Assembly: GCF_032444005.1 (NCBI RefSeq)
Contig: NC_091286.1
Coordinates: forward strand, 639,654,001 to 639,718,000
Direction of reading: 5' to 3'
DNA: 64,000 nucleotides
Source of the DNA: Ranitomeya imitator
Taxonomy: Eukaryota
Shown here piece after piece: positions 23,772-35,339 of the stretch. Under the pieces are notes generated by a model. It was given only the letters and a program-made list of their open reading frames with translations, was not told where the DNA came from and did not search any database. The position numbers and the translations under genes are program-made. Every line of letters begins with the position of its first letter. Position 1 is the stretch's first letter.

Positions 23772-24581
23772 CAACCCTAATCCCAACACACCCCTAATCC
23801 TAATCCCAACCTGATCCATAATCCTAATCACTAACCCTAACCATAATCACAACCCTTACCCCAAAACAACCCTAATGTCAATCCTAACCATAACCCTAAT
23901 CCCAAACCTAACCCTAATCCCAAGCGTAACCCTAATGCCAACCCTAACCCTAATACCAACCCTAATCCAAACCCTAACCCTAATCCCAGCTCTAACCCTA
24001 ACTTTAGCCCCAACCCTAGCCCTAACTTTAGCCCCAACCCTAACCCTAGCCCTAAGGCTACTTTCACACTTGCGTCGTTTGGCATCCGTCGCAATCCGTC
24101 GTTTTGGACAAGAAACGGATCCTGCAAATGTGCCCGCAGGATGCGTTTTTTGCCCATAGACTTGTATTGCCGACGGATCGTGACGGATGGCCACACGTCG
24201 CGTCCGTCGTGCACTGGATCAGTTGTGTTTTGGCGGAGCGTCGGCACAAAAAAACGTTCAATGAAACGTTTTTTGTACGTCACATCTGCCATTTCTGACC
24301 GCGCATGCGTGGCCGTAACTCCGCCTCCTCCTCCCCAGGACATAGATTGGCCAGCTTATGCGTTGAAAAACTACAGCTGCTGCCCACGTTGTGCACAATT
24401 TTCACAACATGCGTCGGTATGTCGGGCCGACGCATTGTGACGGCCCCGTACCGACGTAAGTGTGAAAGAAGCCTAACCCTAAATTTAGCCCCAACCCTAA
24501 CCCTAAATTTAGCCCCAACCCTAACCCTAAATTTAGCCCCAACCCTAACCCTAAATTTAGCCCCAAAACTAGCCCTAACCC
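23772..24581 (-). repeat. Telomere-like (CCCTAA)n degenerate tract, split by a MITE, followed by an N block (24582-24844)
   Basis: CCCTAA, CCCCAA and CCCTAG variants read directly. Confidence 0.9.
24056..24473. mobile_element. PIF/Harbinger-type MITE
   Basis: TIRs GGCTACTTTCACACTTGCGTCG / CGACGTAAGTGTGAAAGAAGCC, with 3-bp TSD TAA taken from a CCCTAA repeat. Confidence 0.9.
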
Positions 24582-26234
24582 NNNNNNNNNNNNNNNNNNN
24601 NNNNNNNNNNNNNNNNNNNNNNNNNNNNNNNNNNNNNNNNNNNNNNNNNNNNNNNNNNNNNNNNNNNNNNNNNNNNNNNNNNNNNNNNNNNNNNNNNNNN
24701 NNNNNNNNNNNNNNNNNNNNNNNNNNNNNNNNNNNNNNNNNNNNNNNNNNNNNNNNNNNNNNNNNNNNNNNNNNNNNNNNNNNNNNNNNNNNNNNNNNNN
24801 NNNNNNNNNNNNNNNNNNNNNNNNNNNNNNNNNNNNNNNNNNNNGCTGTTCTCCTGCCGGCCGGCAGATGGAGACAGATGGCGGGCGCACTGGGCATGCG
24901 CCCGCCATTTTCTTCTGCCGGCGGCCAGGAGGAGCAGCAAGAGGATCCAGGGACCTAGGTGAGTATGCTAGGGTCCCCGAATCCCCCTATTTCTCTGTCC
25001 TCTGATGTGCGATCACATCAGAGGACAGAGAATTACACTTTACTTTTTTTTTTTTTTTTGCGGTCGCCGGTAAAGTTAATTACTGGCGATCGCAAAACAG
25101 GGGGTCGGTAATACCGACCCCCGATCATGCTCTTTGGGGTCTCGGCTACCCCCGGCAGCCGAGACCCCAAAGATTCTCCCGGTGCCGGCCGGCGGGCGCA
25201 CTGCGCATGCGCCCGCCATTTTGAAGATGGCGGCGCCCACCGGGAGACACGAGGAGCATCGGGGGAGCTAGGTGAGTATTGGGGGGCCACCTGGGACCCC
25301 TTTTCTCTGTCCTCCGATGTGCGATCACATCGGAGGACAGAGAAATTAAAAAGAGATCGCGTTTTGTTTTTTTTTGCGATCGCCGGTAAACGGTTAATTA
25401 CCGGCGATTGCAAATGCGGGGTGGGTTAAAAAACCCCCGAATCATGTTCTCTGGGGTCTCGGCTACCCCCGGCAGCCGAGACCCCGGAGAAAATCGGCCT
25501 CTGGGGGGCGCTATTGACTTTTTCCACAGCGCCGTTAATTAACAGCGCTGTGGTTTAAGAACCCTTAGCGGCCGCCGTTAAAAGGTGTATCGGCGGTCGC
25601 TAAGGGGTTAATGCATAGAAAAACAAATCATGCCACTCTCCTTCCCTCCGCTCCCCCGCTGTGCGATCTTCTCTTCTGAAGCTAACAGCTGACTTTAGCA
25701 TGCAAACGACAGGAGTGCATGTGGTCACTGCCATGCGTGCACACTGACATCAGCTTCTGCCTCTGATTGGCCAGCAGTGCATGAACCCCTTTGCCGCAAT
25801 ACACTGAGTCTGAGGATGCACATCCAGGTGAAGTTTGCGCTGACGTTGGCGGGCCCCACACCTGCAGGGGCACAGTCATGGCCATGACCTCTTCCACCGC
25901 GATTGTTGCACCCCTGGACAGAGGCATGCTGCCTCATTGAATTCTGTGTACCTTGAAAAGGAGAAAACAGAACTATTTATAAAGTGTTCTTGTCCTTTCC
26001 TTGGGGTCCCCAGGTTCTCTCTGACAGCCGGGCGCCGGCATCATCTCTATAATCAATAATGCTGGCGTTTCTTACTCCAGGAAATGTTACTCTGTCTAGT
26101 ACATCTTATTCCTACATGACCCTCATTAAGGAATACAAGACGCCAAACTTAATGAATCTGGGCCACAGTGTCAAAAGTACTGACTGTTTGCAGCCATCAC
26201 TAGGCAGAGCTTTAGAGTTTACTGCATATCCTAA

Positions 26235-26930
26235 ATAATTGGTGGATGGAAAGCTCTACATTCAATGTAGTGGAGGCTCCAGTCAGAATGATATAATTTA
26301 GAAGGAGACTCTCAGCACAATACAACCATTCAAACCAAGCCCAGGAGCTCAGTGCATCCCTGGCATGGCCAAGCAGCTCAGTGTACCTTCTCAGCTTCTT
26401 ATTTCCATTTGTCGGAGATAGGTTGGAAGAAGCACTGAAGTGTTCGGCCACACCAATGGTGAACCGACCGCCTGTGCTTGGTTTGAACAGATTCCCATAT
26501 AATCCATATCTATACAGGTGATTCAGGAGTATATCAGAAGAAGAATGAGAATAACTTGCAGGAACCAAACAATACCTCTGAATAACCCTATGCCTTACCC
26601 TGCTTGCTACATCTGCTCAACTTTTCATGTTTCTTTGGTTTATCCTTCAATAAAACTAGCAGTCTAACGTGAGATACCGATCAACTGAGATCTATGCATG
26701 TCAAATTATATAGAAGGATGATTCATCAATATATCTGATGAGTGTCAGACACAGAAAGAAGACGGCCCCTGTGCAAGAACAAAGTATTGACCCTTTGCAG
26801 TCCATATAGCTGATCATAATGCACAGGTCCACATGTTTTGGAGATGGAAATGGCCTCGCTACCTCTTTGTCCCCTGTGTGGCTGCACAGGTGGCACCACT
26901 GATATGTCCAACCCAGTACCTGACTATGAT
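26235..26930 (+). pseudogene. Possible highly decayed intronless S1 serine-protease relic
   Basis: Motif-like strings in the expected order: IIGG (26235), SVHPWHGQAAQC (same frame), YNPYL/YTGD, QLRSMHVKL, STCFGDGNG (26834), PVW. Many stops and frameshifts; could be chance. Confidence 0.2.
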
Positions 26931-27539
26931 TTGCTGAATTAGCTAATGATAAGTTACTTTATTAGAACAAGTATATAAGCACCAATAGGACCTACGGTAG
27001 TTCATATTCTCAAATTATACCAGATGTTCTAGATGGCCACCCTGCTCCCTGTGAGCTTCATGGATTAGTTCTCAGAATATAAGCCAGAAACTGGTCTGCT
27101 CCCGATGTAATCAGTAGCTTTGAGGTGTGCTGACGGGTGTCTGGGAAAGTGCTGTAGATTTTGGACTTGCTTAGCCAAGAACTCTACTGCTCAAACATAC
27201 AGAATGTCAAAAAAGTTGAAAAGCTTCCAGTACCACTCTGTGTGCCAAAAAAAATAGCTCTCCGCCACACCAGGAATATTTCCATGCAAATATCTCCCAT
27301 GTTTCTGATACTGGAATACCATGAAGGTTCCCAAATAAGTCTACACTTTGCTGAAAGGGCGATATCAAAAAGTTTTATGAATGTTTTATTGCAAATTATT
27401 ATTTTTTTTTAAATGCATTAATATTGGAGTAAGCAGATGAGAACTTGTGTGAGACACTTGGCATGCAGAAAAAAACTCCAAACACTTTTTACTTTCTTCA
27501 ATACTCTCCTAAGGAAACTTGAAGTTGTGATCTTCTGAT

Positions 27540-27930
27540 CGCTTGTCCTACACATAGAGTTTCAGCCCTGCTCTATGTAGCAAAAATGCTCATCTGCTAT
27601 GAACATGGCCACGAGGCGACACTTATAGCAGATTGGCAATGGCAACCACGGGGATCTCCTGCAGACCCCTGCTTGTCATGTCAACCCATCGGCACCCCAT
27701 GATCATGTTACAGGGACGCCAATAGGTTAGTGAAGCTCTTCCGGCATGAGCATGTTAAATGCTTGCTCTCGGAAATTGACAGCGGCATTTAGCATGTTAC
27801 AAGCTGTGGGTGGATTGCGATTCCACCGGCGGCTGTTAGGAGCACATGGCAACTAATCAAATCAGCTGTCATGTGCCGGAAAAGATGCAGGCTCAGCACT
27901 GGAGCCCACATCAATGGGGGAGACACGACA
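27540..27930. mobile_element. Degenerate fragment related to the end of the piggyBac-like elements
   Basis: Shares motifs such as TTGACAGCGGCATTTA and CAGCTGTCATGTGCC with 14700-14870 / 16550-16660. Boundaries approximate. Confidence 0.45.
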
Positions 27931-27950
27931 TATACTGTATATATATGTTA

Positions 27951-30326
27951 TGTAAGGAAGTTTAACACAAGAAGAGTCTGGGGGCGGTTACCTTCTCTGC
28001 TCCATGCCTGGAACCATTGAGCTGTGCTACAGGTTCCCTGGGGGGCAGACTTAGAGACTGGGAGAGGAAGGAAGCAGGGCAGAGAGCGAGAAAGGCGCAC
28101 GCGCAGGTGGCAGAGCAGCGTGTGCAGCGGTCAGGGCAGGACACAGCTGCGCTCCGGGGAGGAGAGAGGGCTCCCGGTCAGAGGACAAATGCAGGGAGAT
28201 TGCCCAGAAAGACTGCATCTTGTGAGTACATGAAAGCGGACTCTGCTGTGACTGGAGAGGGGAGCCTTGACAACCGTGCAGAGACAGTGGTCTGTGCAGA
28301 GACGGTGGTCCGTGCAGAGACTGTGACCCCTGGCACCCATGGTATCAGTGCAGAGCCCCTGATTCCTGTTAAGAGACTTAATAATAGACTGACCATTGTT
28401 TTCCTGGGATAGGCTGTGCAGTTAAAGCTAAAGACTCAGAGCCTGTGCATACCACATTAACTCCCAAAACCCCAGGCAGCGGATTCCTAAAGACTACTCA
28501 GCCCACGGACAACAGAGGGATGACAAGTGCCGCTGAAGAGCGGTGGCAGAGATCCGCTCACCCCTCTGAAGGTCCTGCTAACTGGAGGGAACGTCGCCCC
28601 TGGAGAGAATGGTATGGCAAGAAGAGAAGAGTTCCACCTAAGGCAAGGCAGTACCACAATGTCGGATGCCAAGGAGAGGTGGAGAAGGTGTCAAGCATCT
28701 CTGGTGGAATGACTGCGCTGTCCCGATGCGTGAAGGCGAGTCTGGTGGAACTCCAGCCTGGGTCTGAAGGTTTTGTCTGTGAGACTCAGCTTGGAGGAAA
28801 GAAAGGGACGTCTACTCGAGAAGACCACTGAAGTGCTTTACTACTTTGCCCAGCACGAGTTCCCGAAGAAGGAGAGAAAGCATCAAGTGTTCCTGCGACG
28901 CTCGTTTTCGAGGTCCTCGTTGATGAGAAGGAGGAACCACTAATATCATCCCCCGAGGTAAAGAGTGTGCTGGCTGTCAGCTCACAAGATCCTGATTGGA
29001 CGGAGGACATGGAACAGCTGTGTGAGACGGGGCATGTGGCTGAGAAGCCCTGGGAAGTGATGCCTGCAGAGCACGGCGCAGATGACAAAGAACCCGGCTT
29101 GCATGGTCTTAATTCTTCTGACTCTACTTTGGACAAGAATGCTCCTGTCAAAGAGAGGGGGAGCTATGGAGAAGAATTACTTGTACTAAGCCCCCAAACT
29201 GAGGAGCCCGAGCAAGAAGCCCCTAGAGTTTCCGATGGCGACAAGGAAGAAGATGAATCATGTACGCAGACATCTGCTAGCGGCAAAGCTAAGAAGAAGA
29301 AGAAAAAGAAGAAGAAGAGGTCAGCAGTTGTCGATGAAGTAGAGGATGCATATCTCAACCTGACTGATGAGCAACACCTCGACCATTTAGTTTGGCAGTA
29401 TGTGCAAGGAGAAAGGCAGAAGGAAATGCGAGAATTGCAGGAACCTGTCTCCCCTCAAAAGAGCAAAGAGAAGCACGAAGAGTCCTCGCCCATGGAATGG
29501 CGAGCTTTAAGAGAGGGGGAATGTAAGGAGGTGGAACACAAGAAGAGTCCGGGGGCGGTTACCTTCTCTGCTCCGTGCCTGGAACCATTGAGTTGTGCTA
29601 CAGGCTCCCCGGGCTGCAGACTTAGAGACTGGAACACGAAGGAAGCTGCGCAGAGAGCGGGAAAGGCGTTCACGCAGGTGGCAGAGCAGTGTGTGCAGCG
29701 GTCAGGGCAGAACACAGCTGCGCTCCGGGGAGGAGAGAGGGCTCCCGGTCAGAGGACAAATGCAGGGAGATTGCCCAGAAAGACTGCATCTTGTGAGTAC
29801 ATGAAAGCGGACTCTGCTGTGACTGGAGAGGGGCGCCTTGACACCCGTGCAGAGACAGTGGTCCGTGCAGAGATGGTGGTCCGTGCAGAAACTGTGACCC
29901 CTGGTACCCACGGTATCAGTGCAGAGCCCCAGATTCCTGTTAAGAGACTTAATAATAGACTGAGCATCATTTTCCCAGGATAGGCTGTGCTGTAAAAGCT
30001 AAAGACTCAGAGCCTGTGCATACCACATTAACTCCCAAAACCCCAGGCAGCGGATTCCTAGAGACTACTCAGCCCTCGGACAACAGAGGGACGACACGTG
30101 CCGCTGTTTCTCGGTGCCTACGTTGGAGAAGACGACCCTTCAAGCAAGTCCTCATCAGACTGATAAGTGTTCTTTTTCTCAAGAAATCCCGCTTAATTCT
30201 GTTACACTGTTTGACTCCCATATTTTGCACCGTTATCTTTCCAGTTCATTCTACTGTTTTCTCCCTGCGAGGAGAATATATTAATAAATTCCCCCCAACA
30301 GTTGGTCTGTCTGTTCCGTGGTGACA
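27951..30326 (+). mobile_element. Non-autonomous LTR retroelement (truncated 5' LTR 27951-about 28535; 3' LTR 29522-30326)
   Basis: Both repeats begin TGTAAGGA..AACACAAGAAGAGTC. Polypurine tract AAGAGAGGGGGAA lies immediately before 29522. 3' LTR ends ...GTGACA. No TSD detected. Confidence 0.8.
28967..29983 (+). CDS. 338-aa acidic/low-complexity ORF inside the LTR element, running into the 3' LTR
   Basis: In frame with ORF 28445-28831 across one TGA. Contains a poly-Lys tract (KAKKKKKKKKKRS). No pol motifs. Expression unknown. Confidence 0.35.
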   Translation: MLAVSSQDPDWTEDMEQLCETGHVAEKPWEVMPAEHGADDKEPGLHGLNSSDSTLDKNAPVKERGSYGEELLVLSPQTEEPEQEAPRVSDGDKEEDESCTQTSASGKAKKKKKKKKKRSAVVDEVEDAYLNLTDEQHLDHLVWQYVQGERQKEMRELQEPVSPQKSKEKHEESSPMEWRALREGECKEVEHKKSPGAVTFSAPCLEPLSCATGSPGCRLRDWNTKEAAQRAGKAFTQVAEQCVQRSGQNTAALRGGERAPGQRTNAGRLPRKTASCEYMKADSAVTGEGRLDTRAETVVRAEMVVRAETVTPGTHGISAEPQIPVKRLNNRLSIIFPG

Positions 30327-30483
30327 TACTTAACCATGCACTCTATCACAGTAACACTCCTGGTTGATACAGTGGCAGTGATGTCACGCTTGGAAGGATT
30401 CTTCTTATCAGGTATTCACAAGCATGCAACATGTTCACACTCCAGGCCAGAAGAGGGAGCTCTGATCCAGCTTGTGGGTGGCT

Positions 30484-30531
<48 letters not shown>

Positions 30532-30534
<3 letters not shown>

Positions 30535-32137
30535 TGGGGCAAAAAAGTATTTAGTCAGTCAGCAATAGTGCAAGTTCCACCACTTAAAAAGATGAGAGGC
30601 GTCTGTAATTTACATCATAGGTAGACCTCAACTATGGGAGACAAACTGAGAAAAAAAATCCAGAGAATCACATTGTCTGTTTTTTTAACATTTTATTTGC
30701 ATATTATGGTGGAAAATAAGTATTTGGTCAGAAACAAAGTTTCATCTCAATACTTTGTAATATATCCTTTATTGGCAATGACAGAGGTCAAACGTTTTCT
30801 GTAAGTCTTCACAAGGTTGCCACACACTGTTGTTGGTATGTTGGCTCATTCCTCCATGCAGATCTCCTCTAGAGCAGTGATGTTTTTGGCTTTTCAATTG
30901 GCAACACGGACTTTCAACTCCCTCCAAAGGTTTTCTATAGGGTTGAGATCTGGAGACTGGCTAGGCCACTCCAGGACCTTGAAATGCTTCTTACGAAGCC
31001 ACTCCTTCGTTGCCCTGGCGGTGTGCTTTGGATCATTGTCATGTTGAAAGACCCAGCCACGTTTCATCTTCAATGCCCTTGCTGATGGAAGGAGGTTTGC
31101 ACTCAAAATCTCACGATACATGGCCCCATTCATTCTTTCATGTACCCGGATCAATCGTCCTGGTCCCTTTGCAGAGAAACAGCCCCAAAGCATGATGTTT
31201 CCACCACCATGCTTTACAGTAGGTATGGTGTTTGATGGATGCAACTCAGTATTCTTTTTCCTCCAAACACGACAAGTTGTGTTTCTACCAAACAGTTCCA
31301 GTTTGGTTTCATCAGACCATAGGACATTCTCCCCAAACTCCTCTGGATCATCCAAATGCTCTCTAGCAAACTTCAGACGGGGCCCGGACATGTACTGGCT
31401 TAAGCAGTGGGACACGTCTGGCACTGCAGGATCTGAGTCCATGGTGGCGTAGTGTGTTACTTATGGTAGGCCTTGTTACATTGGTCCCAGCTCTCTGCAG
31501 TTCATTCACTAGGTCCCCCCGCATGGTTCTGGGATTTTTGCTCACCGTTCTTGTGATCATTCTGACCCCACGGGGTGGGATTTTGCGTGGAGCCCCAGAT
31601 CGAGGGATATTATCAGTGGTCTTGTATGTCTTCCATTTTCTAATTATTGCTCCCACTGTTGATTTCTTCACTCCAAGCTGGTTGGCTATTGCAGATTCAG
31701 TCTTCCCAGCCTGGTGCAGGGCTACAATCTTGTTTCTGGTGTCCTTTGACAGCTCTTTGGTCTTCACCATAGTGGAGTTTGGAGCCAGACTGTTTGAGGG
31801 TGTGCACAGGTGTCTTTTTATACTGATAACAAGTTTAAACAGGTGCCATTACTACAGGTAATGAGTGGAGGAAAGAGGAGACTCTTAAAGAAGAAGTTAC
31901 CGGTCTGTGAGAGCCAGAAATCTTGATTGTTTGTTTCTGACCAAATACTTATTTTCCACCATAATATGCAAATAAAATGTTAAAAAAACAGACAATGTGA
32001 TTTTCTGGATTTTTTTTTCTCAGTTTGTCTCCCATAGTTGAGGTCTACCTATGATGTAAATTACAGACGCCTCTCATCTTTTTAAGTGGTGGAACTTGCA
32101 CTATTGCTGACTGACTAAATACTTTTTTGCCCCACTG
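30532..32137 (-). mobile_element. Full-length Tc1 transposon (about 1.6 kb)
   Basis: Long TIRs CAGTGGGGCAAAAAAGTATTTAGTCAGTC / GACTGACTAAATACTTTTTTGCCCCACTG and a TA TSD at the end of a (TA)n tract. Confidence 0.97.
30747..31770 (-). pseudogene. Tc1 DD34E transposase, inactivated
   Basis: MVKTKELS start; [14 protein letters not shown] and [11 protein letters not shown] (34 residues between D and E); GYITKY* end. A +1 frameshift near 31380 and two premature TGA (AN*K, EE*A). Confidence 0.95.
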
Positions 32138-32799
32138 TATATATTCAGCAAACCTATAAGAGCACACTAGGTTGTGGGATAAGATGAAGATGAGAAAATC
32201 CAAAACCCATCAAAACTGTAAATATGTCCTAAAAGTCCACAACCAAGCGGTAGAGGTATCAAAAACAATTTTATTAATGTGTCAAATACACAACATAGCA
32301 ATAAATACACATGGACAAAAGATGATTGGAAAAAAACAGGAAAACCACACCAGCATAGAAGATGTTAACTTTAACTGCTGGGGAAAGACATAGAAAATCC
32401 AGGCATCCTAGCTACACCTACACGCCGGAAAATGCTCATTGGTAAAAATTGTAAACGGAATCACAGATGGGCAGCCCTGCGGGCGGACATCAAAATATGA
32501 GATAATATATAACATGCCCATGAAGGTAGCCCATCAGAGTAAAAATATCTCCGAAGAGATATATAACTGTGTTCAATAAGATCCAGAGCATAAAGATGTA
32601 AAAACACCAGCAAACCCAAGTCCTAGGAGAGATATATGCATGCTGCTAATGATGTTGTGACATTACCTTGAGACATGCTGGTGTCAAAACGCCGGCGCGG
32701 TGGGAGCAGGAGGGGGCCTCTAGGTGCTCGTTGTTAACTTTTTTTTTCTAAGCGCTTGTTGTTAACTTTTTTTGTATCTCTAGGTGCTCATATATATAT

Positions 32800-33703
32800 T
32801 CTGGTCTGGAGGGAAAGTTAGTCAGTCTGTCAGAGATTGCCAGAAGGGAGCTTGACGAGGAACATCAGCTTAGGCGGAGTTAGTAAGAGAGGAGTGCAGC
32901 TGAGCAGACATGGGAGTCTGCAGCTCCTGGCAAACAGAGAAGAGAGAAAGAGGAAAGAGGCCTTGCAAAACGAGCTCTGCAGCTCCAGGAAAGAGAGAGA
33001 AAGGAAAGCAGAACAGATTGTAGAGAGCTTGCAGGAAAGAAGAGGCACAGGTGAAGTGAAGAGCTGGGGAGAAGCTGCTACTGAGCTTCTTCCACACTCT
33101 AGCTCATTAAACCAGTAGCCGGAAGACCAAGGTTGTGCAGTTATCTACATTTCACAGCAGAAACCGGCGGGACAGCAGATTGCAAGGTACCTGTCGACCA
33201 CACACCTGAAGGCACAGAAACACATAGAGCCCGGGTCGTGATAGAGATCCTGTCTAAGGCAGCAAGGGACTACATCATCACAGCACTAGTAGATTCGATT
33301 CCAAGCCGGCCGGACCATACCGGCACCTGTGATCCGGTACCCTGGACTGTGGCTGCCTGAACCTTCAGTAAAAAGGTAAAGAGACTGCAACCCTGTGTCC
33401 TCCATTTCTTTCTGCACCATCCTTATCCACCACACCGGGAGCCCTGGGTACCCAGCTTCATCTGTGGTAAGCTATACCATCCCTGCTGCCACATCACCCC
33501 AGAGGACCCCTTTAAGCAGCGTCGGTCGTCCCTGACCAAATACCACAGGTGGCGTCACGAACAAACTTTATTTCAACCCCTTTAAAAGACTTTTTCTTTT
33601 ACTTGGGCGCCCAGGGCCACTGACCTGGTCGCCACCGCCGTTACACATCCCTTTATGTACCGGACCCGGTACCGAGTACCCCCACGGCCCTGGAGGGCAT
33701 TCC
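32800..33703. mobile_element. Probable LTR-derived (solo LTR-like) segment
   Basis: Purine-rich LTR-like composition ending ...GGCCCTGGAGGGCATTCCA. Assigned by resemblance; boundaries and TSD not resolved. Confidence 0.4.
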
Positions 33704-35339
33704 ATATACATTCTATGTCATGAAGGGGTACAAGGGAATTTGTCAGGGCTATTATACTAATGAAACTAGTGTTACAGTTGTACAAGTCTTAGTATAACAA
33801 TACAAATGATACCTGTCTGGTAGTAATCTGATGACCCAGCGCTGAGAAATCAAGGTTTGATGATGCATGCAAATTAGCCTGAAAATTCTATGGGGCGAGT
33901 CGATGTTCTCTAAGTCATTGACCTCTTTCCATAAGTGCAGAGAACAAGTATACGTTGGCGCGGGCTGCCACGTGACTATCACTGCCACCTTCATACATGC
34001 ATATCTGTGAATTTTTAACCATGTTTTCAGCTTATTTTTAATTGCGCCACAACTTTATAAGGATTCTATGTTTTCTCTCGACATTTCAGACCCTCGCATT
34101 TGTGACCTTAGGAAAAATTAAAAAAAAAATTGAAAATGGAAAATGAAAATAGACTTGCTCAATAAAAAAATGTGGAATTCTTTTCCTAAATATTTTCTGC
34201 ATGTAAATGCGGGCAGCTGATTTCTTGTTTAGTCTGGCTGGATCAGGGGGTTAAGTAGCGTAGGCGAATTAACGTGTTTTCACAAAGGAACATTTGGCTC
34301 GGTGTGAACACAATAACGCAGATGTGTTATGTGAAAGCACGTCGCTCTTCACATTTTTAAAATAGAATTTGCAAAACTTTACAACCCAAACAAAGTGGCG
34401 ATCCCTCCCAGGACCACCACCACCACCGACTCATGGAGTAATGAAACCTTCCTGCTTATCTCTTCAGATAGGGAACCTGTATGATGGCATCTGGGGTAAA
34501 ACTTGCATGTCTATAAAAGGATTTACATGTCAGCAGGAGAATAATAGGAGGTCAAAATTCATCTCTCAGATTAGTGTCCAGCCGGCATAAAAAGCCTTTC
34601 CGTTTAACACTCGAGATAACGCGGCCCTGCTCCACGGTGGTTGCGCGCCTCAACTGTAAACAGTGACCCCCTAAGCCAGACAGTTGGCGTGTGTCTACAG
34701 ATGAAATGACAGGATGTGTACAGAAAATGTTCTTGTTACCAGATATTAATGCTGAAATGAACTTGTCCCTTGATGTTCCAGCCACATTACGGAGTGATGG
34801 ATGGCTCCAATGTCAAAGGTGGCCGGAGACATGTGCTAGGCCTACTGTAGGAATCTCTGTGCGGGGACAGAGGTAAAAGTTATTAGTTAAGTAATATAAC
34901 TTTTTTTTTTACTGGACAATCCCTCTATCAGGTGGCGTACTTTTTTTTAATTTAGATTCATGTAAGTCTGCAATGGGGATAAACATTTTTCTTTTACAGG
35001 GCTCACTGAATTTGTATATCTGCATCATGAACAATCACTTGCCCAGGTCATCAAGGTACTGAAAAAATATGAATACTTTTAATTATCAGATCACACTCAT
35101 TTTGACTAAGGAGGTAATCATTATAATACATTACATTGAATGTTGTTTTGTGAAATTATCAGATACCTATCCTAGACTGTGAATAGGACAGGCGACTGTG
35201 CGCACTAAGACGCTCCAATGCTGCGAACTGGAGGAAGCTCAACAGTACTTGGTATTATTTCCAGATCACACTAGTCGCTCAGATAGAATAGACAGCAGAT
35301 TAAACAGCATCTTCTAACCTCATCACCACCTGGTATCTC

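Larger units (their letters stand above)
21170..25607. mobile_element. Related non-autonomous piggyBac-like element in opposite orientation, one end truncated
   Basis: About 21175-21560 is the reverse complement of about 19850-20240. About 390-bp units at roughly 21570-23750. Ends ...CGCTAAGGGG|TTAA at 25607. Left boundary approximate. Confidence 0.8.

Noticed and set aside
23837-24343. GLGLGL / RVRVG repeat ORFs
   Set aside because: Translations of telomere-like hexamers plus a MITE.
26212-26568. 118-aa minus-strand ORF as a host exon
   Set aside because: No recognisable domain; competing weak interpretation on the plus strand.
27941-30335. TSD for the LTR element
   Set aside because: Flanks TGTTA and TACTT do not match, so none is claimed.
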